The position numbers and the translations under genes were made by a program. 64,000 bases of DNA, from positions 136,716-200,715 of the forward strand of contig WELA01001161.1 of assembly GCA_009602735.1 (NCBI GenBank). The letters are read 5' to 3'. The DNA comes from Mesotaenium endlicherianum. Taxonomy: Eukaryota. Under the pieces are notes generated by a model that saw nothing but the letters and a program-made list of their open reading frames with translations, was not told where the DNA came from and did no database searches. This document shows, piece after piece, positions 11,048 to 23,884 of this stretch. Position 1 is the first letter of the stretch, and each line of letters begins with the position of its first letter.

Positions 11048-14000
11048 GCGCGCGCGCGTGCATGTGCACGAGCGTGCAATGAGCGAGCAAGTGAGAGGAG
11101 GGCGCAGTGATGGTACCAGGGCAAGCACGCCGAGCACGCGTATCCAGCCAGGTGTCATCACCCTGACGTCAAACAGCAGGCCTGCACACAAGGATTGCCG
11201 CAACCATCACGAGTCATCATGACAGATTGAATAGCATCTAAGATGGCCAGGAAAGGAGAGGCGATGAGAGGGGGGGGGCAGGAGAGGAGGAGAGAAGTGC
11301 ATGTGGGGGATACACAAATAGCCTTCTGACGCTGGCAACCCTTTATGCTACGAAGGAGCGCGTGCGTGCACCTCTTATTTGGCGCTTTCGAGTCTGTGAG
11401 AGCTACTACTACCTCAAGTGCACGACAGAAAGACACACACACACACACATGCACGCGTTTGCACGTACCATCACACAAGCGCAAAAATACACACACACGC
11501 ACAAACATCCGCACAAACACGCACACAAATAAGACACAAACACGCGCATATGTATGCAGGCACAAAATATATCACTTGCACAAATGCAGAAACAAACATC
11601 TGAAGATCCACGCCTCTAGGAGGGGACGGTGTTTTGGTGGTGAGAGCTGATTGTACGTGTGCATCCACGTGGCAGGCTTGCAGCACAGAAAGATACACGC
11701 ACACGCCCGCGCGTGCACGCGTGCTCACACAGACACAGACACGCGCACACGCGCACACGCACACACAGAGAGGAAGTAAGAAAGACAACAGACACAAACA
11801 CATGCAAGCACAAATCCCCCTCGCGTGCAAACTGACAAGCGGGTGCTTGAAGCGCAGCAGGCTCCCCTCGTCGGCCCCCAGCCGTACCAAAGATGGTCTT
11901 GGGAGCGACGATGGCCGCCAGCCCCGCGCCCCCGATGTAGAGGCCCGTAAAGAGCGCCACCTGGGCCGGCTTCGTGGACGGCAGCCGCGGCGGCGCCGAT
12001 CGCGGGTCCGACGGCTCCACCGCCCACTTCACGTCCAGCAGGTGCCCGCTCGCCAGGTGTTCCATCACGGCGTCGGCGCGCCGGCGGCCGCCACCTGGCC
12101 CTCCTCCCCCTCCCCCTCCTCCTCCTCCGGCCTCTGGGTACGGCATGGAGCTGCTGCCGTTGCCCCCCCTGTCTTTCTCCCCGGCTGGCTCGATGCTGCA
12201 CACGCGCACGCATGCATGCACGCCCAGCACGCACGTACGTCCATACGCACGCACGCACGCATACACCGACGCACTGTTATCGCCCGTAGCCGCAGGTGCG
12301 TGAGCAGAAGGCCAGTGCTTGACCCGGACCTCCGTCTCTGAGCTGCGAGCCCTCAGCCCTGAGCATTGACGCTGAATGAGGATGAAAGAGAGCCCCGCCC
12401 AGCAGCAGGTGTGCACTTTCACTCACTCACACACACACGCACACACACGCGCACACACAATATACAGGGCAGGGCAGGGCAGGGCAGAGACCCAGCAGGC
12501 TTCGCATTCCCACTCCCATGCCCATGCCCATCCCCATTCCCCTTCTCGTAGCCGTTCCCATGGCTGCTGCCATCCCTCTTCCAGCTGTCGCGCTGCCACG
12601 CACCCACCTGATGGAGCCGGCCTCGGAGATGAGCGCCACCTCGGGGTAGGGCTGGGCGGCGCCCTCGGGGCCCGACACGACCTCGTTGGCGATGGCCAGC
12701 AGCGACGGCTCCATGGCCAGCGCAAACACGCTCGCGCGCCGGTCGCCGCTCATGCCCGCGCTCGCCTTCCCGCTCAGCCGCCCCAGGACCACCACGTCGC
12801 CGCCCGCCCGGATGGACGCGCCGCTGCTCACATCGCCGTACACCTGGCAGGCACACCAGGAGGGGAGCCGCAGGCAGGCTGGCAGGCTCAGAGCGGGCGG
12901 GCGGGAAGGCGGGCGCGGGGGGGGAGAGAGCAGCAGGTGGGTGGGCAGAAGGGCGGGCTGTCTCAGCAGGCCAACTTGGAGCACATGCGGGGAAGATGAC
13001 CAGCCGCCGGATTCGGCAACCTCTGCCAGGTGGCCAGGGAGAGAGGGGGGGGCACGGAGGGGGGACGATGCCAGGTGGCACTTCCTGACAGTCCTGAGCA
13101 CTGTAGCAGCAGCAGCAGCAGGCAGGCAGGCGATTGGTCAGCAGACGGCCACGATGTGCTTAGCTAGAGCGTGTGAGGAGAAATTGTTGTCAAGAAACAG
13201 ATGGGAAGCAGCGACCTGCCACCTGTCCCGCTTGCACGAGGGGGAGGGGGAGCTGCACGCTGAGCGGGGAGCCGGCGCCAGAGCTGCTGCCGGAGCCGCT
13301 GCCGGGGCCAATGGAGGAGCGGCAGCTGGACAGCCATCTCCGAGGACGGGACCAGGGCCGGTCTCCAACCAGGCAGGCGCTACTGCTGCTGCTGCGGCCA
13401 CTGCCACGGCGTGCCTGGGGATCAGAGGCACTGAGAAAGTGTGGGTGCTTGTGGTGGGTGGGTTGGAGAGCCAATGAGCACTCTCTCTCTCTCTCGCTCG
13501 CTCTCTCGCGTTTGTATGGGTGCTGTGCCGTGGCGCCTACATATGCGCATGCCGGAGTGCCAACAGGTGCAGAGCAGGGTTGGGGGGCTCCTGCCCCCGC
13601 AAGCGACGCCCTGCACTTCTCAGTGGGAGGGCTGCGGAGAGCAGTGTCAGCGCCCAGGGTTAATTACCAAGCTTTAGGCATTTACAACCTAGGGGTGGAA
13701 TGTCTGTCCTACCCCCTCCCCCTGCTCGATTTCGCAGGGCGGCCTTATGCATCCACGCACGCTGCCTGGAGGACTGGAGTACAGCTGATTGTACCATTAT
13801 GCTCCTCTCCCCCCCCCCCCCGCTCCNTTGTTCAGTCAGCTTCACGAGTCTGCGACGTCGCATTGATCAGGTCCATATGAAAGGCGCGCGCATGCATGCG
13901 CACATACGCGCATGCGCCGTGCACAAGCACAAGCACAAGCACGAGCACGAGCACCAGGAGCAGGCAAGGAAGGGGGGGGGAGCCTTGCAGACTGCAGAGG

Positions 14001-14855
14001 TAGCGCACTCACAACAATCGAGCCGTGGTGCGAGATCTCCTCAAACTGCCGAATGGCCCTCTTGATGTAGAGGCACTCGGTGCCCTGGGCCTCCGCCTGC
14101 GTGCGCCGCTTCCCGATGTCCCGCAGCCAGTCTCCCCTGATGGGCCCCAGGCGGGCTGCGAGCGCAGCCTCCACCTCCTCAGACTGGGGCAGTTTGCTCC
14201 CCCCCAGCCCCAGCGCTGAATCCTCCCCTCCCCCTCTCCCCTCGCCCTGGCCCCCCTCCCTTCCCTTGCTTCCCTGACCTTGCCTCCCCTCCCCTCCCCC
14301 GTCCCGTCTCCCTTCCCCTCTCCCCTGCCCCTCTCTCCCCTTACCTCTCCCCGGACGCTGTTCCCCCTCCCCTCTTCCATCCCCCCGCGCTTCCCCTCGC
14401 CCTGTGGCTGCCGTATGCACACCAGGCCTGGGCCTGGCTCCTTCTCCGCCGTGTGTGTGAAAGTCACGGCGTCTAGGCGTGGAGGTGCTTATTTGTCGTC
14501 CTTCGGCACCGTGAGTGAGCAGCAGAAGGGAACCAGAGAGGCGGCTCTGGCGGCGCTGAGCTGCTTGCCAGGTGGCGGAGCCAGGGCGGCTGCAGCTGCC
14601 AGCCTGGACGCTCACTCGCTGACAGGGGGATTGGTGCAGAGAGGAGCAAGAGCAAGCGGTGCTCAACTCAGAAGAGCCTCTTCTGCTAATCTTTAAGGCG
14701 GAAGGTGCGCGTGAGTTGGGCAACTGGTAAAGGGCGCGGATTTGTGTGGAGTCGAGCAGTCTCGTCGTATCAGCGAGATATGAATGCTGAGACTGCACAA
14801 GGAGGTTGAGACTCGACGCTCCAGCTGCCAGGCTGATGGCTGAGGCTGCTGTCAT
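8553..14855 (-). CDS. MinC C-terminal-domain protein with a putative plastid transit peptide and a C-terminal 4-TM domain (~487 aa). Exons 14855-14423, 14215-14013, 12843-12608, 12195-11888, 11181-11117, 10656-10564, 9448-9386, 8615-8553
   Basis: Spliced CLYIKRAIRQFEEISHHGSIV|VYGDVSSGASIRAGGDVVVLGRLSGKASAGMSGDRRASVFALAMEPSLLAIA...PYPEVA matches the MinC C-terminal beta-helix pattern. A phase-2 GT-AG join (12608 to 12195) continues in frame into hydrophobic segments (VALFTGLYIGGAGLAAIVAP; WIRVLGVLAL|LYGIYFLG; FYLATVVGRM|VLFFAFCGFVAC; ISLLV|LALLNLVGALSMLWAL) and a TAA stop. The N-terminus is Ser/Ala-rich. The first intron (207 nt, no stop) could be retained. Confidence 0.8.
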
Positions 14856-15755
14856 TGCTCTGAGAAATTGATTTTGGCCGGGAGAAGCGGAATGCAGTTC
14901 CTAATTGGGGCTCTAACTAGAAGAATACCTGAAAGAACCTGGGACCTCAAATATTCTCTTGATCACACGAGCAGACCTGTGTGACATGCTTTGGGCTTGC
15001 CGGCCATCTCTGTCCCATAGTGTACCGCGTCACTTGCGTCGTCCCAGTAGTGAGTGAAGGGCATGAAATTGGGCAGGATAAATGGCCGTCTTAATGTGCA
15101 ATGCACGAGGCGTTTCTAATGCTCTGCATTCAGTACATTGTAAACAATCAGAAGCACTTCTTAAGCTAAGCCATTGCACGTATACTCATGACGCAATCAT
15201 ATTTGCTGAGTTTGAGAAGTCGCACTCTATGTAGGGGTCAGTAAGAGCAGCCCTAAAATCATATTGTCAGCGACACGCTGACCCGTGAAATGGTTGCTCC
15301 TGATGGTGACTGATGCTGACAGTACCGTGGCTTGGGATGGTGCAGGGCTAAACGAAACAATACGAACTGCAGAAGAGCTCGGTAACACGTAAGCTCAGGA
15401 ACGCGTCTTGTATGTTACGTCGTCGAAGAGCGCCTCGATGCATCTTAAGGTGCCCCTTCAGAGGTGTATACCGTCACCTCCGTTGACCACCGCATGAACG
15501 TCACGTTATAATCGATTTCTCAAGCTCACGGCAGCTGGGATGTGCACTACCGCGGGCACACCTGTCCCAGAGAGGAACCTATCTGGAGTCTGAGAGGCAG
15601 AAGAGCGTAGGGAGGGTAAGACAAATTAGGGCACGGCCATGAAGCTACAGTTCTGGCTGCTCTGGACAGGCATTTGAATATAAAATACCTTGTAGAATTG
15701 TATGCTACAAGTTTCGAAAATGAGTTAGTAGGTTGGAGCACGCCCGCAGGTCTGT

Positions 15756-16894
15756 ATGGGCCAGGACGAGGACAAAGGTGCAGATGGGACGAATGAGAGG
15801 CAATCTTTTGGAGACAGAGAGCTTGACGGAGAGCTTTGCCAGCCGCTCCCAGAGCTCCAGGTGGCAACGCCACGGAAGCCGACGAAGGTGATACCTTTCA
15901 GAATCAGGAATGTAGTGGCGCCAATGGTGGGCCAGTCTGACCTGGCGTTTCGGCTGCTCTGCCGCAGGCATGGCGCTGACGTGGCGTACACTGAGATGTT
16001 CTTCAGGTCTGTAACTCATAGAGCTCCTATTGCAGTGCTCTCATATACAGGGAAGCTGAGGTGACACGCCACATGCACAACGGCAATTTCAACTATCTCA
16101 GACTCCCTTGACTCACACACGCATACGCGCGCGTGCACACACACCCACACACACACATGCACGGGGAGAGAGAGAGGGAGAGAGAGGGAGAGAGGGGTAC
16201 AAACAGAGGACATACTTTCCTAGCGCTCACCATAACTGGCATACCTGGCGGCAGCAAAGCCCCAGCCTGCATGGGCAGCCTTGCATGGGCACCTGGAATC
16301 TTACTGGGAGCTCGAGCTGGCGCGTACCAGGGGAGGGGGTTTTAGCACACTTCAGCCTCTGCCTTCTCTGCCCCCCTGCCTTCGCTTGGACCTGCTGAGT
16401 ATTGACAATGATTATTATTGGGTGCATCACTCTCCTCAATTACGTCACCAACAACCAACAATGCTCTGTACACTATTTACACGCACCCTTGTTCACCCCT
16501 TCTCCGACACTTCAGATATGGGCCTGTGAAAGCCGGCCAGGTGTCCTCCCGAGAGCCTCCGCAGGAGACTTGCCCCAAACTGAGTGCGGGGCTCCGAGCT
16601 CGAACCGCGGAGGGGCACCTGACCAAACGCCTGACTAGGGTTCAGAATCTGGGGTCCAGGGCTTAGGGTGCGGGGTTTAAGCATTGTGCTAGCTTTTGAG
16701 CCGTGCAGGGAGGCTGAAGGACTGCGAGAAGACTCTTGTTTGCGCGTGTGTGTGTGTGTGTGAGAGAGTAGGTAAGTGGGTGTGTGTGTGTCTGTGCGCT
16801 TGTGTTTGTCCGAAGAAAGAGATAGAAAGAGAGAGAGAGGAGCCTCGACAGGCCAGCAAGAGAGCGGTAGTGTAAGAGAGGGAGAATAGCCAAA

Positions 16895-16925
<31 letters not shown>

Positions 16926-18021
16926 GAGAGAAGCTTCTTTGAGGAGCTGGGGACTGGCGCAGGCACTAACTGCGGGGCCTGAGTGCACACCTGCGTGACT
17001 GGAGGGAGTGGGGGGCTCCTTGCTGGCCAATGCTGCGGAGCTGAGGTGGCCTCCTGCAGCAAGGGCCCCGCAAGTGGGGGCAGTAGTGCTGCTGATGTCA
17101 GGGTTTAAGGACGCCACGGGCATGTGCCTCCTTTCCATCGAGGCCCTTTGCCCTCCTCAAAAGTATACCCAGGCAGAGGAACCCTCGTGTCTGGAACCTG
17201 GGGGCAAAAACGGCAGCAGATTGAGGAAATTTGGGGGGGAGCGGGGGAGGATGGGGGTTTGTCAGGGTAAGAGGGGTCACCTGAGGGNCGGGGAGAGAGA
17301 GAGGGAGAGAGAGGGAGAGAGGGGTACAAACAGAGGACATACTTTCCTAGCGCTCACCATAACTGGCATACCTGGCGGCAGCAAAGCCCCAGCCTGCATG
17401 GGCAGCCTTGCATGGGCACCTGGAATCTTACTGGGAGCTCGAGCTGGCGCGTACCAGGGGAGGGGGTTTTAGCACACTTCAGCCTCTGCCTTCTCTGCCC
17501 CCCTGCCTTCGCTTGGACCTGCTGAGTATTGACAATGATTATTATTGGGTGCATCACTCTCCTCAATTACGTCACCAACAACCAACAATGCTCTGTACAC
17601 TATTTACACGCACCCTTGTTCACCCCTTCTCCGACACTTCAGATATGGGCCTGTGAAAGCCGGCCAGGTGTCCTCCCGAGAGCCTCCGCAGGAGACTTGC
17701 CCCAAACTGAGTGCGGGGCTCCGAGCTCGAACCGCGGAGGGGCACCTGACCAAACGCCTGACTAGGGTTCAGAATCTGGGGTCCAGGGCTTAGGGTGCGG
17801 GGTTTAAGCATTGTGCTAGCTTTTGAGCCGTGCAGGGAGGCTGAAGGACTGCGAGAAGACTCTTGTTTGCGCGTGTGTGTGTGTGTGTGAGAGAGTAGGT
17901 AAGTGGGTGTGTGTGTGTCTGTGCGCTTGTGTTTGTCCGAAGAAAGAGATAGAAAGAGAGAGAGAGGAGCCTCGACAGGCCAGCAAGAGAGCGGTAGTGT
18001 AAGAGAGGGAGAATAGCCAAA

Positions 18022-18052
<31 letters not shown>

Positions 18053-18884
18053 GAGAGAAGCTTCTTTGAGGAGCTGGGGACTGGCGCAGGCACTAACTGC
18101 GGGGCCTGAGTGCACACCTGCGTGACTGGAGGGAGTGGGGGGCTCCTTGCTGGCCAATGCTGCGGAGCTGAGGTGGCCTCCTGCAGCAAGGGCCCCGCAA
18201 GTGGGGGCAGTAGTGCTGCTGATGTCAGGGTTTAAGGACGCCACGGGCATGTGCCTCCTTTCCATCGAGGCCCTTTGCCCTCCTCAAAAGTATACCCAGG
18301 CAGAGGAACCCTCGTGTCTGGAACCTGGGGGCAAAAACGGCAGCAGATTGAGGAAATTTGGGGGGGAGCGGGGGAGGATGGGGGTTTGTCAGGGTAAGAG
18401 GGGTCACCTGAGGGTGAGGGGGAGGGGGAGGGGGGAGGCGGTGGGAGAGTTGGTGACTGCAGCAGCATAACATGTGTAGTTCCCATATGCGTCCGTGCGC
18501 GTGCGCGTGTGCGCGACACTTGCGCCCGCGCGTGGGATCTTGCAGCGAGCGCTTCGCAGACGACCCCGCATACCGCCGGGCGGCGCTGCAGACGTGCGCG
18601 GAGGACCGGCCGCTGGTGGTGCAGTTCTGCGGCAACCGCGCCGACGCGCTGGTGCGCGCGGCCAAGCTGGTGGAGGGCGTGTGCGACGCCGTCGACATCA
18701 ACCTGGGGTGCCCGCAGCAGAGGGCCTGCCAGGGCCGCTACGGCGCCTACCTTCTGGGCCGCCCCGTACGCACGCACGCACGCCTTCCCCCTTGCCTTCT
18801 CATTTCCTTCCCTCTCCTGTTCTCTCTGCCTCCTTGCCTTTCTGCTCGCCTGCTCTCCTTCTGCCTCCTCCTCCTGCCCCTGCC

Positions 18885-18933
<49 letters not shown>

Positions 18934-20244
18934 GCTCCTGCTGGCTTGCTTCTGCTCCTGCTCCTGCTCCTGCTCCTTGTGCCTCTCTGCCCCTCTTTAC
19001 CCGGTAGTACTTGGCCTCTGGAGCTGGAAGAGTTAGACAGCCGGAGGGTGAGCGCCAGTTGCTGCACAGGGGCAGTGCGTGCTGTCCCCCGGCGCGGCAG
19101 GCAGGCAGGTGGGCGGGAAGGCAGGCGCGCGGGGAGAGATGCAGACAGACTGAGAGGGGGGTAGGCAGACAGCCAGGATGCGGAATCGGCCGCGCTTGAG
19201 GCAAGTGGTGCAGACAGGAAGAGAATATAGGGAATTAGGTTTGAAAGTTTAGGATTATGTGGCGGGCTTAGGGTGACTGCCTGCTCTGGTTTCCGCAGGC
19301 AGCCAGCCGGCCAGTTGGCCAGCTACGCAGGCACGCATGCAACGCACGCGACAGCTGCCCCCGAGCACCAGTCGGGCTGTCCGAGGAAAGTTAGGTGTCA
19401 GTGCCTGCTCTTGGCGTTTGGGCTGCGGGCTGAGCTGGCATGCCCTTTGTGTGGTACCTGGCGCCTGCAGGACTGGGGCACGGTGTTTGAGATGGTGCGG
19501 CGCGTGAGCGAGGAGGTGGCAGTGCCTGTCGCGTGCAAGATCCGCCTCCTTCCCACTCTGGCCATGGTATTGGTGCAGCTTCCCCCTCGCCTCACACCAC
19601 TTCCCCCCCCCCTTCTCTTGTCTCTCCCCACCTCCCACGGCTCTTGCCCATGATGAAATTGCCAGGAAAAAAAAGTACGCTTCCAATCTGCCCCTTGTAC
19701 CTTGAGACCTACCTCCACCACCTAAAACCCTGATAATCAACTTGCAAGCTAGGACCTAAATTCAAAACCTTCCAAACTTTGCTCCCTCCACTGGTCTGAA
19801 GAGGAGGGGCGTGGTGGGCAGACGCTGGAGTTTTGCAGGGGGCTGGAGGTGGCAGGTTGCGCCTTGCTGGCGGTGCACGGGCGCACCCGAGGGTCTGCCA
19901 CCATGCGGCGCGCGGGGCCTGCTGACCTGGCAGCCATCCGCGCCATCAAGCAAGCGCTCTCCATCCCCGTTGTACGATTTCATGTCTAGACAATGCGTTT
20001 ACCCCGCCTAATGCCCCCCTTCCATTTCTTCTTCTTGCCCCAAACTTACTCCTTTCCTGTCTTCCCCCCCTCTCTCTCCCTCCCCCCCCNNNNNNNNNNN
20101 NNNNNNNNNNNNNNNNNNNNNNNCCCCCCCGGCTCCTCCCCTTCCGACCACCTTTGTCCCTCATGTGCGTCGCTGCCTGCCCCCCGGGGCCCATTCTGCT
20201 CGCTTTGAATGCTGCTGCTCTGCTCGGCTCTGCTCGGTGGCTGA

Positions 20245-20276
<32 letters not shown>

Positions 20277-21784
20277 GGATGATGACGACGATGATGACAT
20301 ATTAGGGTTGGTGATTCCTCCTTGACATCTATAGCATATTCAGTGTCACTCACGCGTTGCCAGCTGGCGTTCCTCGCTCCCCTGCTGCATGCTCGGCATC
20401 TGTGGACTCTTGCTCTTCCAGGCAGGCGTTCCGCAGTCGTGCTCGAGAGGAGCAGGCGCAGGCGCACGGCTGCTCCCTTCCTGGCCATGCTCACCTCCTG
20501 GGCGGGAGGGCGGGAAGACGAGAGGGCTCATTGCCTTCCTCTCACTGCCAGCTGGCTGCTGGCTGCTGGCTGCTGGCTGCTGCTGCTGCTGTGTCAAAGG
20601 GGAGTGCGACACCCTGAGAGGCGTGCGCTGGCCTCGGCCACTGCCCGGTCAGGAGTCAGAGGAGGCCATGTGGGCATTCCCAAGGGGTGGGCATTGAAAG
20701 GGCGTGGGTCTTCTTGACAACGGCTGCGGTTGTTCTCTCTGGAAGACCTCCTTGCCTTTCTTCATCTCTTAACTTGTCTTTTCTTTGCTATGATATCGGG
20801 TGTACCTCTCTTCTCCTTCCTCCCCCTCTTCTCTCCCCCTCCTCCTTTCCTCTCCCGCCCTTTTCTCCGCATGCTTGTTGCCTTGCTCTGAGGACAGTGA
20901 TTCGCGGGGGGTCAGGGCTTGCCACCTCTGAGCTCTCCCTATCCCTCGCCTGCTCGCCTTTTCCCCGCACATATGCCAGGTGGCAAACGGGAACGTGGGC
21001 TGCCCCCAGGACGTGGCTGCCAACCTGGAGGCAACAGGCGCCGACGGCATCATGTCGGCAGAGGGCGTGCTGGTAGACCCCCTGCTGTTCCAGGGAGGGG
21101 CTCAGAGTCGGGCAGAGAGGCACAACGCGGTGCTTGAGTACTTGCAGCTGGCAGACACCTGGCAGACTTCCATGGAGGCTGCAAGGCAGCACGTGGCACA
21201 CATGCTAGGCAGGCGCGGCCGAGGTGGGGCCTGCCTCCTGCTCGTCTCCCGCCTGCCTGCCTGTCTGCCTGCATGCCCCCATGCCTGCCCGGCTGCCCGA
21301 TTTCCCTCTTGGTCATTAGCTCGCCTACTTGCCGGCTTGCCTGAGAGCAGGGTGTCTCGATATCATCGCATGTTTTGCAGTTAGTGTTATGAGCAAAGGC
21401 TCTATCGGCAACCATGCATACCTGCAGGAAGTATCTCTCTGCTTGAGCAAGGTTTGATGCTGGTGAATCGATGCAATTGAGGTGTATCATTTGCGCAAAA
21501 GCGCATAACGCGTGTGCACTTATCTACAACTCTCAGACACACGCGCGCACACAACCACCATGTTACGTCAATGAGCCTCTGCAGTCAGTAATTCCGTGCG
21601 GAACTGGAACGGGAGCTGCAGCCAAGTGTCGCCTCGACTTCTACTTGATGTGTGCCTGCCCTTCACTTGTGCCAATGCATTGGAGTTGGAGTTTGGATCG
21701 TGGCAGGGGTTTTTCCCTGCGTGGCAACATGGGGCTGTGGCAGTGTGCTGTATGTTATGTATGATATATTTATAAATGATATAA

Positions 21785-21816
<32 letters not shown>

Positions 21817-22325
21817 NNNNNNNNNNNNNNNNNNNNNNNNNNNNNNNNNNNNNNNNNNNNNNNNNNNNNNNNNNNNNNNNNNNNNNNNNNNNNNNNNNNN
21901 NNNNNNNNNNNNNNNNNNNNNNNNNNNNNNNNNNNNNNNNNNNNNNNNTATATATATATATATATATATATGTCCCCATGTTTCAATGCTTAAGCTGTCT
22001 CTGATGGACGTCCTCTCCAATTGCTTTCAAGCATAGCCAAAGAACATGCCTCTATGTGTGTGCATGTGTGTGCGTGCGCGTGTGTGTGTATGTGTGCGTG
22101 CGTGTGTGTGCGAGTGTGTATATGCTCACTTGTGTGCGCGGGTATGTGGGCATGCGCGCAGGGTCCATGGTGTCGTACGATTATTACGGAGCATACAGAA
22201 GAGCCATCGACTTGAAGCGCGCTCTTGAAGACGCTGCCACCATGGAGCAGCTCAAGGAGATTGTGAATAAGAGCGTGGGCGTCAGCAACTGTGGCAACAG
22301 CTCACCGTTTGTAAAAGCCCTATGA
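15756..22325 (+). CDS. tRNA-dihydrouridine synthase, DUS1-like (~374 aa). Exons 15756-16006, 18546-18765, 19471-19566, 19822-19971, 20980-21223, 22162-22325
   Basis: DUS motifs [21 protein letters not shown]...[58 protein letters not shown]. Phases are consistent and the total length is divisible by 3. Confidence 0.93.
16162..18414. repeat. Exact tandem duplication (16162-17287 and 17289-18414) separated by one N, within DUS intron 1; probable assembly artefact
   Basis: Identical ORFs recur at an offset of 1127 nt, and the copies meet at the single n at 17288. Confidence 0.9.
21789..21970. repeat. (AT)n microsatellite flanking an N gap
   Basis: Pure AT dinucleotide runs on both sides of the gap at 21817-21948. 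Confidence 0.9.
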
Positions 22326-23884
22326 CGTCAACTGCTCGTGGAAACCTGAATTCATCTAAGCTCCAGAGCTCTTGAGTAAGTTCGCCAGTAACAGAGGTCG
22401 TTTGAACACCTCATTCAGTGCTGCTTGCATGATGTTGAACAAGGGCGGTGAGGGAGGATATTAAAGGCTTTGATGTAAAGTGCCATTAATTGAAAGCACT
22501 GCTTGAAAGGTCAAAGGTCAAGAGCCTGCTTTGGTGCTGCTTTGGTGTAAGACTGCCTTGCAATGCAACGACACCCATGTTGCCAACATGTGCACATTAC
22601 AGTAATGCGTCATGAATACTATCAGTTGTCGTATTGCGTGGACACTCCAGTTGCGACCACCATTTGGGACATAAGACTAGATACCCTGAAGGCTGAATTC
22701 ATGTATTTTGATATATTATGTGTTCCTACCTGGAACTTTGAACCAATGCCGTATGCTTCTCATTTTGTGCTTTGTTGGGCAAGTAGGGTGGCCGCTTAAC
22801 CATATCCACGACAGCGTCACTCTTCGTAAAACATTTGTGATTGGCCAAATTATGTGGCTTACTCTTTGATACTTTCAAGTTGTACATTTTTGGTGATTGG
22901 AAAGGGCGGGTGAATATTGTAGTATGATCGACACTAATTTTTGACGGTTTCCATTGATGTATACGTAAGGTGCCCAACTAGCGTTTCTAAAAATGAGATG
23001 CGACCACTGATGAGGCCTCTTTTGTCATCTCTCTTGGTGACAAAGTGCACTCTTGGAGCATTCTTTGAGCAACCACGGCAAGGCTTGTACCAACTCTAGA
23101 TGGGGTTGTAGAAGGTGGTGCTTTGTGCCGTGCAGCGACTTGTGAAGGAGGGCCGCCTGTGTTTGAGTAAAGTTGGGTGGACAGCCATGGTCGTGTGTTG
23201 CTAAGCGAACGTATTACGAAGCATAGAAATCTGTTGCGCGAAAGAAGGCATTTGTTCGTGTAAATAGAGGTGGCTAGCCATGGTTGGGCATTGCCATTGG
23301 CCAAGGCAACTTTCGATGTTGGTCCGGCAGGAATTTAATTCTTGTATAGGGTTTGTCATTGAATTTGATGTTGTGCCATATTGAAAAGTTGCTTTGACAG
23401 TTTGTGTTCAAATCGCCTGATTTTGAAAGAAGGAGGTTTTCTAAAAGGAATAGTAGGAGTAGTAGTATGCTACAATTGTTCTTGTCTAATCCTTCCTACA
23501 TGTTGCTACAATTACATCTAGTTGACTAAGTTAAGACAACCATTTACAATCTCCTAAACAACGCTTGATTAGCAAACTGCACCAACCATTGTGCAATCGT
23601 ACGAGAATGAGACTTTTGCAACAAAGATTGGTGCTCTTGCTATGTTGAGGTAGGCCACCAGACATTCGCCGCAGGTTATTGCCAATAGACACTTAACGTA
23701 CCAAACAATAACAAAAACAACACTATTGTGCATGGTTGTGACTGGCGCTGCACAAGCTTCGGCTTGGGCCTGCCTTGTGCACCTCCCAGTGGAGGGGGGG
23801 GTTAGAGGGGTGGGGTGGGTGGGTAAGTGTGGCAGCTACTTCTTGCTGCAATGAAGGCTGCTTTCCAAAAAGAAGCCTTTACGA

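Noticed and set aside
11888..12146. Independent membrane-protein gene starting at the ATG at 12146
   Set aside because: An in-phase CAG acceptor at 12196 links this exon to the MinC exon, which has no stop of its own. The fusion model is preferred but not proven.
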